A stretch of 64,000 nucleotides of DNA from Escherichia coli (GTDB lineage Bacteria; Pseudomonadota; Gammaproteobacteria; Enterobacterales; Enterobacteriaceae), in NCBI RefSeq assembly GCF_001677475.2, contig NZ_CP015229.1. One strand, given 5' to 3'. The notes under the pieces were generated by a model. That model was not told where the DNA came from. It did not search any database and saw only the letters and a program-made list of their open reading frames with translations. This document shows positions 8,771 through 20,136 of this stretch, piece after piece (within the stretch, counting starts at the first letter, position 1; each line of letters starts with the position of its first letter). The position numbers were made by a program, and so were the translations under genes.

Positions 8771-10309
8771 TCACCCAACACCTTTCGCTGTAAACGGCGG
8801 TTTCGCAAACCAAACCAATACCGTAAGTAAGATAAAAGCAATAGCCGCCATACGGAAAATCTCATTTGCAGAAATTGAAAGTGACTGCTGAGTTATTTCA
8901 TTATTAATTTCATTAAGAACCCCTGAAAGCGAACCATAGTATTTATCCATAATTTGTGACGATGAATTAAACACGGGGTTAAATTGATCGATTGTTGCTG
9001 TCAACTGACTATGGTGTAATGATTCTCGGCGTCCCCACAGCGTCATTGTCAACGACGTACCAACGGATCCTGACAAGGTACGAAAAAAATTACTCATACT
9101 CGAGGCATTGGCAAATTTATTATCTGGCAAACCTGAAAACGAAATCGTTGTTAAGGGTAAAAAGAAACAGGCGACGGCGAATCCCTGAAAAAACTGTGGC
9201 AAAATGATGCCTGTAAAATCAATCGTTGGCATAAATGTCACAGAACGCCAGTAATAGCAAACCGCATACATTAAAAAACTAAATGTCACCAACAACCGCA
9301 TATCAATTTTGTTGCCATAACGTCCTATCAAAGGTGATATTAATAGCGGCATGATGCCGATGGGCGCATAGGCAAGTCCGGCCCATATCGCATTATACCC
9401 CATCGTTTCCTGGAGTAACTGCGGCATAAGGACTATCGCCCCAGAGTAAAATAAATACGCGCATGTGATACTCACAATACCAATGGTGAAATTACGGGAC
9501 TTAAACAAACTGAGATCAAGAATCGGATTCTCTGAGGTCGACTCCCAAATGACTAAAGAAATCAGAGAAATAACTGACACTACTGTTAGTATTATTATTG
9601 TACTCGAGTTGAACCAATCCAGATCGCGCCCTTTATCAAGCATTATCTGCAAGCCACCAACACCGAGCACTAACAGGGTCAGTCCTGGTAGATTCATTTT
9701 GACCGGTGAAGTCTCAGTTTCTCTTCCTTTAAGTAAGGTTAAGCATAATGTCAGAACGATAATCCCCATAGGGACATTGATTAAAAATATCCAACCCCAG
9801 CTAAAGTTGTCACAAATATAGCCGCCCAATATCGGCCCACATATCGGAGCGATAATTACGGTCATTGACCATAATGCCAAAGCAAATGTTCTTTTTTCTG
9901 GCGGATAATTCCTTAATAATAAACTCTGTGACAGTGGAATTAACGGCCCCGCCATTAACCCCTGAACGACTCTAAAAAATATCAACACATCAAGATTGGT
10001 CGATAGGCTACACATTAATGAAGACAGCGAAAAAAAGGTTACTGAAAGTAAAAATAATCTTAATTCGCCTATTCTTTGTGCCAGCCTGCCGGTAACAGGG
10101 ATCGCAATGGCATTTGCTACGCCAAACGAGGTGATAACCCAGGTGCCTTCGTCTGTTGATGCTCCCAGAAAGCCAGATATTGTCGGTATTGCGACGTTAG
10201 AAATAGTGGAATCCAACATTTGCATAAACGTCGCTAATGACAATGCAATAGTGACGCACCATAACGTCCCACCGGTTAATGGTGCCGGAGTTGATTTAGT
10301 GATTGCCAT
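8771..10309 (-). CDS. emrY: MFS multidrug efflux pump (EmrB paralog)
   Basis: 512-aa 14-TM-type MFS ORF; 1-bp overlap with upstream emrK suggests translational coupling. Confidence 0.9.
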   Translation of the reverse strand: MAITKSTPAPLTGGTLWCVTIALSLATFMQMLDSTISNVAIPTISGFLGASTDEGTWVITSFGVANAIAIPVTGRLAQRIGELRLFLLSVTFFSLSSLMCSLSTNLDVLIFFRVVQGLMAGPLIPLSQSLLLRNYPPEKRTFALALWSMTVIIAPICGPILGGYICDNFSWGWIFLINVPMGIIVLTLCLTLLKGRETETSPVKMNLPGLTLLVLGVGGLQIMLDKGRDLDWFNSSTIIILTVVSVISLISLVIWESTSENPILDLSLFKSRNFTIGIVSITCAYLFYSGAIVLMPQLLQETMGYNAIWAGLAYAPIGIMPLLISPLIGRYGNKIDMRLLVTFSFLMYAVCYYWRSVTFMPTIDFTGIILPQFFQGFAVACFFLPLTTISFSGLPDNKFANASSMSNFFRTLSGSVGTSLTMTLWGRRESLHHSQLTATIDQFNPVFNSSSQIMDKYYGSLSGVLNEINNEITQQSLSISANEIFRMAAIAFILLTVLVWFAKPPFTAKGVG

Positions 10310-11472
10310 TAAAGTTGTCCATTATGCGAAATAATGTTGCTAATTTCTTTTTCTATCGGACTGGTATCGATAACTAAAGCCTTACTGGTATAAGCCGGCA
10401 TGGACGTCACGGTTGAAGCCAGATCAGGCATCTCAGCAATGTCTTCGTCCTTCGTATCAATAGTTGCAGTCATCGATAAACCAATGCGCAAGGGGTGTTC
10501 CATGAGTTCTTTTGGATCAAGAGAAACTTCAACCGGTACACGCTGAACGATTTTGATCCAGTTCCCTGTCGCATTTTGTGCAGGTAATAAGGAGAACGCA
10601 TTGCCGGTTCCCATATTGATCCCTGTCACCCGGCCATGAAACACAACATTCTCACCATAAAGATCGCTGATAATATTGACCGATTGACCAATCCGTACAT
10701 CCGTGAGTTGTGTTTCTTTAAAGTTGGCATTAACCCACATTTGACGTGCCGGTACGACAGCCATTAACGATTGTCCGGGACTCACTGTTTCGCCGACCTG
10801 AACACTTCGCTGGGCAATATAGCCGGTAACCGGACTCTTAATATCCGTACGTTTAAGCGCCAACCAGGCTTCTTTGGTTGCATCCGCAGCTTCAACGACT
10901 TGTGGCTGACGGTTTAATGGTGTGTTCATTACTAAAGCTTTATTCGCTTTATAAGCCTGGATAGCGGCATTCAATGCCGCTTTGCTACTTATTAACGTAT
11001 CTTTGGTATGCTCCAGCGTTTCTTTTGAAATAACCCCCTGCTTCGCTAACGGCACTCGACGGTTATAATCTTCTAAAGATTGTTGATACTGAATACGTGC
11101 TGAAGCGACTTCGGCACTGTATTGTTTATCCTGTAAGTATAGTTTATTCGTTTGCCGAACAATATTTGCCAGATTATTTTTAGCTTTATTGAGTGCGATA
11201 GTGGCATCAGTTTTATCCAGTGAAACTAAAATGTCACCTTGTCGAACGTAGTTCGTATCTTTATGATTAACTACAGTGACACTACCTGAGACTTGTGCAG
11301 AAATTGGATCTGCATTCCCCGTGACATAGGCGTCATCTGTACTAATCATGTCTTCTAATTCCATTGACCAATAGGCATAGGCACCTGAAAACGCAATAAA
11401 TAAAACTACCGCCAATAAAGAAAAGTATTTTCTTCTGTTAGAATGTTTTTTATTTGAATTAATCTGTTCCAC
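10309..11472 (-). CDS. emrK: Membrane fusion protein (EmrA paralog) of EmrKY pump
   Basis: 387-aa ORF with N-terminal TM anchor and coiled-coil/HlyD-like body. Confidence 0.85.
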   Translation of the reverse strand: MEQINSNKKHSNRRKYFSLLAVVLFIAFSGAYAYWSMELEDMISTDDAYVTGNADPISAQVSGSVTVVNHKDTNYVRQGDILVSLDKTDATIALNKAKNNLANIVRQTNKLYLQDKQYSAEVASARIQYQQSLEDYNRRVPLAKQGVISKETLEHTKDTLISSKAALNAAIQAYKANKALVMNTPLNRQPQVVEAADATKEAWLALKRTDIKSPVTGYIAQRSVQVGETVSPGQSLMAVVPARQMWVNANFKETQLTDVRIGQSVNIISDLYGENVVFHGRVTGINMGTGNAFSLLPAQNATGNWIKIVQRVPVEVSLDPKELMEHPLRIGLSMTATIDTKDEDIAEMPDLASTVTSMPAYTSKALVIDTSPIEKEISNIISHNGQL

Positions 11473-11645
11473 TATTATCTCTCATTTCGCATAGATGAAA
11501 TTTATGAATTGAATGAAAAGAGTATTCATTCTTCATATCAAACACAGTGCATGTGTTGCACATTATCCCAGGAACGTTGGAGGCCTAATTTAAATGAGGT
11601 GCAAAAAAAACAACAGAGGACTAAACCGTGGCTTTTGCAATACAA

Positions 11646-11664
11646 TTCTTACGCCTGTAGGATT
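11646..11664. promoter_or_regulatory. EvgA-box-like inverted repeat (TTCTTACGCCTGTAGGATT) in emrK-evgA divergent intergenic region
   Basis: Matches the EvgA consensus TTCYTACA-N2-TGTARGAA as I recall it; read directly in sequence. Confidence 0.5.
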
Positions 11665-11887
11665 AGTGAGAAGACTTATAGTGCTAATGTGAAACTATAA
11701 ATCATCGGTACAATCCCTGATTTTATTGTTGACATTTCATATATGCCGACTATTTATATGGTATACTTGTCGAATTATCTTAAAGGAAGCTCAAATTTTC
11801 TTATTTTTATTGAGAAAATGAGATGATGCCTTATGTCTGTATTACTACAGGGAGAAGGGAGATGCTTCATTGCAAAGGGAATAATCT

Positions 11888-12502
11888 ATGAACGCAATAA
11901 TTATTGATGACCATCCTCTTGCTATCGCAGCAATTCGTAATTTATTGATCAAAAACGATATTGAAATCTTAGCAGAGTTGACTGAAGGCGGAAGTGCCGT
12001 TCAGCGGGTGGAAACACTTAAGCCTGATATCGTCATCATTGATGTCGATATCCCCGGAGTTAACGGTATCCAGGTGTTAGAAACGCTGAGGAAGCGCCAA
12101 TATAGCGGAATTATTATTATCGTCTCCGCTAAAAATGACCATTTTTACGGGAAACATTGTGCTGATGCTGGCGCTAATGGATTCGTGAGTAAAAAAGAAG
12201 GCATGAACAATATCATTGCGGCTATTGAAGCTGCAAAAAATGGCTACTGCTATTTCCCCTTCTCTCTCAACCGGTTTGTTGGAAGTTTAACGTCCGACCA
12301 GCAAAAACTCGACTCCTTATCGAAACAAGAAATTAGTGTCATGCGGTATATTCTTGATGGCAAGGATAATAATGACATTGCTGAAAAAATGTTCATCAGC
12401 AACAAAACTGTCAGCACGTATAAAAGTCGCCTGATGGAAAAATTAGAATGTAAATCACTGATGGATCTTTACACATTCGCGCAACGTAACAAAATCGGCT
12501 AA
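11888..12502 (+). CDS. evgA: Response regulator EvgA (NarL/FixJ family)
   Basis: 204-aa ORF with receiver domain and C-terminal LuxR-type HTH. Confidence 0.9.
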   Translation: MNAIIIDDHPLAIAAIRNLLIKNDIEILAELTEGGSAVQRVETLKPDIVIIDVDIPGVNGIQVLETLRKRQYSGIIIIVSAKNDHFYGKHCADAGANGFVSKKEGMNNIIAAIEAAKNGYCYFPFSLNRFVGSLTSDQQKLDSLSKQEISVMRYILDGKDNNDIAEKMFISNKTVSTYKSRLMEKLECKSLMDLYTFAQRNKIG

Positions 12503-12506
12503 TCAC

Positions 12507-15500
12507 ATGAAGTTTTTACCCTATTTTTTTCTTCTCTGTTGTGGTCTTTGGTCGACCATAAGTTTCGCAGACGAAGATTACATCGAATATCGTGGCATCA
12601 GTAGTAACAACCGTGTCACACTTGATCCACTACGTCTGAGCAACAAGGAATTACGTTGGTTAGCGAGCAAAAAAAATCTTGTGATTGCAGTACACAAGTC
12701 CCAAACGGCTACGTTGTTGCATACCGATTCGCAGCAACGGGTTCGTGGTATTAATGCTGATTATTTAAATCTTTTAAAAAGAGCGTTAAATATCAAATTA
12801 ACACTCCGGGAATACGCCGATCATCAAAAAGCAATGGACGCGCTGGAAGAAGGTGAAGTCGATATAGTGTTATCACATTTAGTTACTTCGCCGCCTCTTA
12901 ATGATGACATTGCTGCAACCAAACCACTGATAATTACCTTTCCGGCGCTGGTCACCACCCTTCACGATTCAATGCGACCGCTTACCTCATCAAAACCAGT
13001 AAATATTGCTCGAGTAGCAAACTATCCCCCTGACGAGGTAATTTATCAATCATTTCCAAAAGCAACAATTATCTCTTTTACAAATTTATATCAGGCATTA
13101 GCATCCGTCTCAGCCGGACAGAATGATTACTTTATTGGTAGTAACATCATTACCAGCAGTATGATTTCCCGCTATTTCACTCACTCCTTAAATGTAGTGA
13201 AATATTATAACTCACCGCGTCAATATAATTTTTTCTTGACCAGAAAAGATTCAATCATTCTTAATGAAGTACTCAATCGATTTGTTGATGCTTTAACAAA
13301 TGAAGTTCGCTATGAAGTATCACAAAATTGGCTTGATACAGGAAACCTGGCCTTTCTGAACAAGCCATTAGAACTCACTGAACATGAAAAACAGTGGATT
13401 AAGCAGCATCCCGATTTAAAGGTGCTGGAAAATCCTTACTCGCCCCCCTATTCTATGACGGATGAAAATGGCTCGGTTCGGGGCGTTATGGGGGATATTC
13501 TTAATATTATTACCTTGCAAACAGGTTTAAATTTTTCTCCGATCACCGTTTCACACAATATCCATGCTGGAACACAGCTGAATCCCGGCGGATGGGATAT
13601 ATTACCCGGTGCTATTTATAGTGAAGATAGAGAAAATAATGTTTTATTTGCTGAAGCCTTCATAACAACGCCTTACGTTTTTGTCATGCAAAAAGCGCCT
13701 GACAGTGAACAAACATTAAAAAAAGGAATGAAAGTTGCCATTCCATATTATTATGAGCTGCATTCGCAATTAAAAGAGATGTATCCGGAGGTAGAGTGGA
13801 TAAAAGTCGATAACGCCAGCGCTGCATTTCACAAGGTCAAGGAAGGTGAACTTGATGCTCTGGTCGCGACACAGTTAAATTCGCGTTACATGATCGACCA
13901 TTACTATCCTAATGAACTGTATCATTTTCTTATTCCCGGCGTTCCGAATGCATCGCTTTCGTTCGCTTTTCCTCGCGGAGAACCGGAACTTAAGGATATT
14001 ATTAATAAAGCACTGAATGCAATCCCCCCAAGCGAAGTTCTGCGCCTGACGGAAAAATGGATTAAAATGCCCAATGTGACCATTGACACATGGGACCTCT
14101 ATAGCGAGCAATTTTATATTGTTACGACATTATCCGTTTTATTAGTTGGCAGTAGCCTTTTATGGGGATTCTACCTGTTACGCTCAGTTCGTCGTCGTAA
14201 AGTCATTCAGGGTGATTTAGAAAACCAAATATCATTCCGGAAAGCGCTCTCGGATTCCTTACCGAATCCAACTTATGTTGTAAACTGGCAAGGTAATGTC
14301 ATTAGTCATAATAGTGCTTTTGAACATTATTTCACTGCGGATTACTACAAAAATGCAATGTTACCATTAGAAAACAGTGACTCACCCTTTAAAGATGTTT
14401 TTTCTAATGCGCATGAAGTCACAGCAGAAACGAAAGAAAATCGAACAATATACACACAGGTATTTGAAATTGATAATGGCATCGAGAAAAGATGCATTAA
14501 TCACTGGCATACATTATGCAATCTGCCAGCCAGCGATCATGCTGTTTATATTTGTGGTTGGCAAGATATTACCGAGACGCGTGATTTAATTCATGCACTC
14601 GAAGTAGAGAGAAATAAAGCGATCAATGCAACTGTCGCAAAAAGTCAGTTTCTGGCAACAATGAGTCACGAAATAAGAACACCAATAAGCTCCATTATGG
14701 GCTTCCTGGAACTTCTGTCGGGTTCTGGTCTTAGCAAGGAACAACGGGTGGAGGCGATTTCACTTGCCTACGCCACCGGACAATCACTCCTCGGCTTAAT
14801 TGGTGAAATCCTTGATGTCGACAAAATTGAATCGGGTAACTATCAACTTCAACCACAATGGGTCGATATCCCTACTTTAGTCCAGAACACTTGTCACTCT
14901 TTCGGTGCGATTGCTGCAAGCAAATCGATCGCATTAAGTTGCAGCAGTACATTTCCTGAACATTACCTGGTTAAGATCGACCCTCAGGCGTTTAAGCAGG
15001 TCTTATCTAATTTACTGAGTAATGCTCTCAAATTTACCACCGAGGGGGCAGTAAAAATTACGACCTCCCTGGTTCATATGGATGACAACCACGCTGTTAT
15101 CAAAATGACGATTATGGATTCTGGAAGTGGATTATCACAGGAAGAACAACAACAACTGTTTAAACGCTATAGCCAAACAAGTGCAGGTCGTCAGCAAACA
15201 GGTTCTGGTTTAGGCTTAATGATCTGCAAAGAATTAATTAAAAACATGCAGGGCGATTTGTCATTAGAAAGTCATCCAGGCATAGGAACGACATTTACGA
15301 TCACTATCCCGGTAGAAATTACCCAACAAGTGGCAACTGTCGAGGCAAAAGCAGAACACCCCATCACACTACCTGAAAAGTTGAGCATATTAATCGCGGA
15401 TGATCATCCGACCAACAGGCTATTACTCAAACGCCAGCTAAACCTATTAGGATATGATGTTGATGAAGCCACTGATGGTGTGCAAGCGCTACACAAAGTC

Positions 15501-16100
15501 AGTATGCAACATTATGATCTGCTTATTACTGACGTTAATATGCCGAATATGGATGGTTTTGAGTTGACTCGCAAACTCCGTGAGCACAATTCTTCCTTAC
15601 CCATCTGGGGGCTTACAGCCAACGCACAGGCTAACGAACGTGAAAAAGGGTTAAATTGCGGCATGAACTTATGTTTGTTCAAACCGTTGACCCTGGATGT
15701 ACTGAAAACACATTTAAGTCAGTTACACCAGGTTGCGCATATTGCACCTCAGTATCGCCACCTTGATATCGAAGCCCTGAAAAATAATACGGCGAACGAT
15801 CTACAACTGATGCAGGAGATTCTCATGACTTTCCAGCATGAAACGCATAAAGATCTACCCGCTGCGTTTCATGCACTAGAAGCTGGCGATAACAGAACTT
15901 TCCATCAGTGCATTCATCGCATTCATGGTGCGGCTAACATCCTGAATTTGCAAAAGTTGATTAATATTAGCCATCAGTTAGAAATAACACCTGTTTCAGA
16001 TGACAGTAAGCCTGAAATTCTTCAGTTGCTGAACTCTGTAAAAGAACACATTGCAGAGCTGGACCAGGAGATTGCTGTTTTCTGTCAACAAAATGACTAA
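12507..16100 (+). CDS. evgS: Hybrid sensor histidine kinase EvgS (periplasmic binding domains, HisKA/HATPase, receiver, HPt)
   Basis: 1197-aa ORF; H-box SHEIRTP, receiver LIADDHPTNR...DVNMPNMDG, C-terminal HPt. Confidence 0.9.
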   Translation: MKFLPYFFLLCCGLWSTISFADEDYIEYRGISSNNRVTLDPLRLSNKELRWLASKKNLVIAVHKSQTATLLHTDSQQRVRGINADYLNLLKRALNIKLTLREYADHQKAMDALEEGEVDIVLSHLVTSPPLNDDIAATKPLIITFPALVTTLHDSMRPLTSSKPVNIARVANYPPDEVIYQSFPKATIISFTNLYQALASVSAGQNDYFIGSNIITSSMISRYFTHSLNVVKYYNSPRQYNFFLTRKDSIILNEVLNRFVDALTNEVRYEVSQNWLDTGNLAFLNKPLELTEHEKQWIKQHPDLKVLENPYSPPYSMTDENGSVRGVMGDILNIITLQTGLNFSPITVSHNIHAGTQLNPGGWDILPGAIYSEDRENNVLFAEAFITTPYVFVMQKAPDSEQTLKKGMKVAIPYYYELHSQLKEMYPEVEWIKVDNASAAFHKVKEGELDALVATQLNSRYMIDHYYPNELYHFLIPGVPNASLSFAFPRGEPELKDIINKALNAIPPSEVLRLTEKWIKMPNVTIDTWDLYSEQFYIVTTLSVLLVGSSLLWGFYLLRSVRRRKVIQGDLENQISFRKALSDSLPNPTYVVNWQGNVISHNSAFEHYFTADYYKNAMLPLENSDSPFKDVFSNAHEVTAETKENRTIYTQVFEIDNGIEKRCINHWHTLCNLPASDHAVYICGWQDITETRDLIHALEVERNKAINATVAKSQFLATMSHEIRTPISSIMGFLELLSGSGLSKEQRVEAISLAYATGQSLLGLIGEILDVDKIESGNYQLQPQWVDIPTLVQNTCHSFGAIAASKSIALSCSSTFPEHYLVKIDPQAFKQVLSNLLSNALKFTTEGAVKITTSLVHMDDNHAVIKMTIMDSGSGLSQEEQQQLFKRYSQTSAGRQQTGSGLGLMICKELIKNMQGDLSLESHPGIGTTFTITIPVEITQQVATVEAKAEHPITLPEKLSILIADDHPTNRLLLKRQLNLLGYDVDEATDGVQALHKVSMQHYDLLITDVNMPNMDGFELTRKLREHNSSLPIWGLTANAQANEREKGLNCGMNLCLFKPLTLDVLKTHLSQLHQVAHIAPQYRHLDIEALKNNTANDLQLMQEILMTFQHETHKDLPAAFHALEAGDNRTFHQCIHRIHGAANILNLQKLINISHQLEITPVSDDSKPEILQLLNSVKEHIAELDQEIAVFCQQND

Positions 16101-16102
16101 AT

Positions 16103-16138
16103 AGCGGCTCCCACAATATTCAAATGTGGGAGCTATTT
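16103..16138 (+). terminator. Stem-loop after evgS (GCTCCCACA...TGTGGGAGC); putative terminator between convergent evgS and yfdE
   Basis: 9-bp inverted repeat with 9-nt loop read in sequence. Confidence 0.4.
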
Positions 16139-16155
16139 ACCAGCACATCTTACAT

Positions 16156-17301
16156 TTATGATGAGAACTCCTGGCGAATTTGTTCCCCATGCTGGTCGAG
16201 CGTTGCCGCTCCCGGCATAACATGCGGGTCCGCGCAGCCGCTGATTTTTATCGGATTACCCGGCATCATTATTCCCCCGGCTTCAATCAACATATTTCTC
16301 GCCTGAGTTTGTGGCAAATTAATGGCCTCAGCCACACTTAATAACGGCGCGACGGGCACACCAACTTCATGTATTTTGGCTAACCAAACTTCAGCTGCCT
16401 GCGTTTTTAACATCCGCTCAATATATTGTTTAAGAGTAGCCTGGTTTTGTACGCGTAAAATATTGCTGCTAAATCGGGGATCATTAACCAGTTCCGTAAG
16501 CTCCAGTGCCTGGCATAACGCAGAGAAAAGCTTGTCATTACCACAACAAATCGTAATCGGCTTATCCTGAGTATCGAAAACATCAAAAGGTGCCATGTAG
16601 GGATGGCGATTTCCCAGGCGTTGTGGTGACTTCCCTGTCGCAATATATGCCATCAGACCATGCTCCAGAAAACTCAGCGTGGCATCAAACATCGCTATAT
16701 CGACATGCGCCCCTCTCTGGCTCTTTTCGCGGCCATAAAGTGCACTTACTATTCCACTGAATAAATAGACACCGCCACATAGATCCGCAAGAGAAGTACC
16801 AACGCGCACTGGCGGAGCATCAGGGTATCCCGTTTCCATCATTATCCCGCTCATTGCCTGAATGATGGTATCGTAGGCAGGAGCATCTTTTAGCGGACCG
16901 GTATGTCCGAAACCTGACGATGAAGCATATATGAGGCGCGGGTTGATTTCTTGTAACCTTTCCCATGAAAACCCCAGTTTTTCCATTGTACCTGGGCGAA
17001 AATTCTCAGCTAATACATCAGCTTGTTTGAGCATATTTATAAATATACTTTTATCGTGATCATTCTTTAAATCAAGAACCACACTCTCTTTGCCATGATT
17101 AATAAAACTGTAATAGAGTGACTGTCCATCCACATAGGGACCAAATGTGCGGGTATCATCACCATGACCCGGCGGCTCAACTTTAATTACCCTTGCACCC
17201 ATATTACAAAGAAGTTGAGTTCCGAAAGGTCCATTAAGGACATGTGTCATATCGATAACTAATAAGCCTTCAAACGGCCCTTTGCTTTCATTATTTGTCA
17301 T
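16156..17301 (-). CDS. yfdE: Acetyl-CoA:oxalate CoA-transferase (family III CoA-transferase; Frc paralog)
   Basis: Family III CoA-transferase N-terminus; ORF in track (394 aa) likely 5'-extended, start placed at MTNNESKGPFEGLL. Confidence 0.8.
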   Translation of the reverse strand: MTNNESKGPFEGLLVIDMTHVLNGPFGTQLLCNMGARVIKVEPPGHGDDTRTFGPYVDGQSLYYSFINHGKESVVLDLKNDHDKSIFINMLKQADVLAENFRPGTMEKLGFSWERLQEINPRLIYASSSGFGHTGPLKDAPAYDTIIQAMSGIMMETGYPDAPPVRVGTSLADLCGGVYLFSGIVSALYGREKSQRGAHVDIAMFDATLSFLEHGLMAYIATGKSPQRLGNRHPYMAPFDVFDTQDKPITICCGNDKLFSALCQALELTELVNDPRFSSNILRVQNQATLKQYIERMLKTQAAEVWLAKIHEVGVPVAPLLSVAEAINLPQTQARNMLIEAGGIMMPGNPIKISGCADPHVMPGAATLDQHGEQIRQEFSS

Positions 17302-17374
17302 TTGCTTATGCCTTGAAAAAAGCCGAAGGTGAAAAGACACTTCGGCATTTATGTAAAATCAATAACATGATTAA

Positions 17375-18319
17375 TTATGAAACCAGTCGACTGACATAAA
17401 TCCACAAGGGAGCCGTGACGACAAAACCCAGTACGCTCACAGCCAATGACGCTGTACCTGTGCGGGTGTAGACATTAAACCGGCTGGCAATAATGATTCC
17501 GGAGAATGCCGGCGGTAATGCGCCTGCCAGTACCATCATCTGCAAATGTTCGCTGTTCAGATGACATGCCATACCAACGAGAAGCAGCGCCAGTGGCATC
17601 AGAATCAGCTTCAGGAAGGTGTTATAAGCAATTTCGGCACTGAACTCGAATTTATGTGCAGCCAGAGTCAACCCCGCAGCGAATACCGCTACCCCTGAGT
17701 TAGCCTTCGCAATCAGATTAAAGGTTGGGTCCCATGCTGCCGGAATTTTTACCCCAACCAGCACCAGGATCGTTGCCAGAACAGGTGCCCATACTACTGG
17801 CTCCTTTGCCGCAGAAATTAATGCGCTCAGATTACTATTCTTCTTACCATCCGCTCCTGAGGAAGGATTCAGCAAATACAGACCAATAGGAATAGTAATT
17901 GCGTTAACAATAATAGAAATAATTGCTACCACTAAACCTGTTGATACGGAATCACCATAAATAGGATCGAGAACTGCAAACCCCAGGAATCCAATGGTAG
18001 GTGAACCTGCAATTAATGCACATACTGCTGCTTCTGCATGGGTACGTTTAAAAAATTTGTAGCAACCGAACCAGGAGAAAAAGAAACATCCGACAATAAC
18101 CACAAGTGATACAAGGGTCAGACGAGTGTCCGCAAAAATCATTTCCCTGTTTGCCCGGGTAATAGATACAAATAGAGCCGCAGGAAGCGCGTAGTTTAAT
18201 ACCAGTTTATTAAATGCCCGAGCTTGATCTTCTGAAAATGTTTCTCGTCTGCCGCTAAAATAACCCAACAGCATGATTACGATAATAGGCAATAAATCGC
18301 CAATAAAAAATGTTAGCAT
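17375..18319 (-). CDS. yfdV: Auxin-efflux-carrier (AEC) family transporter, putative oxalate/formate-related
   Basis: 314-aa polytopic membrane ORF in frc-oxc operon. Confidence 0.8.
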
Positions 18320-18388
18320 AATAGTATTTCCGATAAGGGTCCCCTCACCATCGCATAATGAGTTGGCAAGAGGAGACGATGTCAGTAT

Positions 18389-20083
18389 TTAATTACCAGC
18401 GACTTGTTTTGGGTTCAGTTTGGTAATATGGCCACTTTCAGTTCCTGCTGCAGGGTCGATGACCACATTAATAATGGTCGGTTTGCGCGACTGAATACCG
18501 GTGGTTAAAGCATGACGAAGTTCATCTGTCGTGGTGACGTTATAGCCAACACCACGAAACGCATCCATTAATTTGTCATACCTTGCATGGTGCAACAGAT
18601 CCGTTGGTGATGGTGCACCAGCGCCACTGAGATCAACACCGTCTCCTCTGTAGATGCCGCCATTATTAAAAATAACGATCGTCACCGGAAGGTTATATCG
18701 ACAAATCGTTTCAATCTCCATCCCACTGAAACCAAAAGCACTATCACCTTCAATGGCGACAACTGGAGAACCAGAGGTCACGCTAGCACCGATGGCATAG
18801 CCCATACCGATGCCCATGACACCCCAGGTACCACAATCCAGACGACGACGAGGTTTATACATATCAATAATATTTCGTGCATTATCCAGGGTATTTGCAC
18901 CTTCATTAACTAAATAAATATCCTGGTTCTCGCGCAATACATCGCGCACAGCACTTAATGCATTAAAGTAATTCAATGGTTGGGTATCTGTACTTAATTT
19001 TTCATGCATTTTTTGTGCATTTTGCTGCTTGTGGATATTTAAAATATCGCGCCACACCAGTGGAGTCGTAAATGTGTTTTGTTTCAATTCTGCCAGCATA
19101 CCTTGCATACTGGATGCAATATCACCAACGACTGGCACTGCAATGGGGCGGTTGCTGTCAATTTCCTGCGGTTCAATATCCAGTTGAATAAACTGTGTAT
19201 CTGCCGCCCATCCTTTTTTACCGTGTGCCAATAACCAATTCAGTCGTGCACCAACAAGCATGACAACGTCAGCATTTGCCAGGGCAAACGAACGCGCAGC
19301 TGCCGCAGAAAGTGGATGCGTATCTTCAAGGATCCCTTTCGCCATAGACATTGGCAGGAATGGAATCTGAGCACTTTCAATAAATTCACGAAGCTGTTCA
19401 TCAGCTTGTGAATACGCCGCGCCTTTGCCAAGGATAATTAATGGCCGTTCAGCTTTTGCTAAAAGCGAAATTGCGCTAGTGACTGACTTCGGGCATGGCA
19501 ATAATGCTGGCGACGGATTTTCAACTTTAACAATCGTGGTTAACGCTTCGTCTTTTTCCATCGTCGCGGCCAGGACATTTGCTGGCAAATCAAGATAAAC
19601 TCCGCCAGGGCGACCCGATACTGAGACCCGGATAGCGCGTGCCAATGCAATGCCAAGATCCTGCGGCTGATTAACGCGGAATGCTGCTTTGGCATACGGT
19701 TTTGCCGCATTCATTTGGTCCAGCTCTTCATAATCACCTTGTTGTAAGTCGACGATCGCGCGGTCGCTGGAGCCGCTAATCATGATCATCGGAAAACCAT
19801 TTACCGTTGCGTTGGCCAATGCGGTCAAACCATTAAGGAATCCTGGCGCAGACACTGTCAGGCAGATCCCCGGTTTTTGGGTAAGAAAACCGCTTGCCGC
19901 AGCGGCATAGCCTGCCGACTGCTCATGACGAAAACCAATATAACGAATGCCTTCCGCCTGGGCATGGCGTGCCATATCCGTCACAGGAATACCTACAACA
20001 CCATAAATAGTGTCAATATTATTCTGTTTTAATGCTTCAACGATGATATGCATACCATCTGTCATTTGAAGTTGATCTGACAT
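18389..20083 (-). CDS. oxc: Oxalyl-CoA decarboxylase (thiamine-diphosphate dependent)
   Basis: 564-aa ORF with TPP-enzyme three-domain architecture (GDSAF...NN TPP-binding motif). Confidence 0.9.
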   Translation of the reverse strand: MSDQLQMTDGMHIIVEALKQNNIDTIYGVVGIPVTDMARHAQAEGIRYIGFRHEQSAGYAAAASGFLTQKPGICLTVSAPGFLNGLTALANATVNGFPMIMISGSSDRAIVDLQQGDYEELDQMNAAKPYAKAAFRVNQPQDLGIALARAIRVSVSGRPGGVYLDLPANVLAATMEKDEALTTIVKVENPSPALLPCPKSVTSAISLLAKAERPLIILGKGAAYSQADEQLREFIESAQIPFLPMSMAKGILEDTHPLSAAAARSFALANADVVMLVGARLNWLLAHGKKGWAADTQFIQLDIEPQEIDSNRPIAVPVVGDIASSMQGMLAELKQNTFTTPLVWRDILNIHKQQNAQKMHEKLSTDTQPLNYFNALSAVRDVLRENQDIYLVNEGANTLDNARNIIDMYKPRRRLDCGTWGVMGIGMGYAIGASVTSGSPVVAIEGDSAFGFSGMEIETICRYNLPVTIVIFNNGGIYRGDGVDLSGAGAPSPTDLLHHARYDKLMDAFRGVGYNVTTTDELRHALTTGIQSRKPTIINVVIDPAAGTESGHITKLNPKQVAGN

Positions 20084-20136
20084 GATTAATAACCTCGAAA
20101 TTTTTATAAATTGGGAGCCAGAAGCCCCCGTTAATA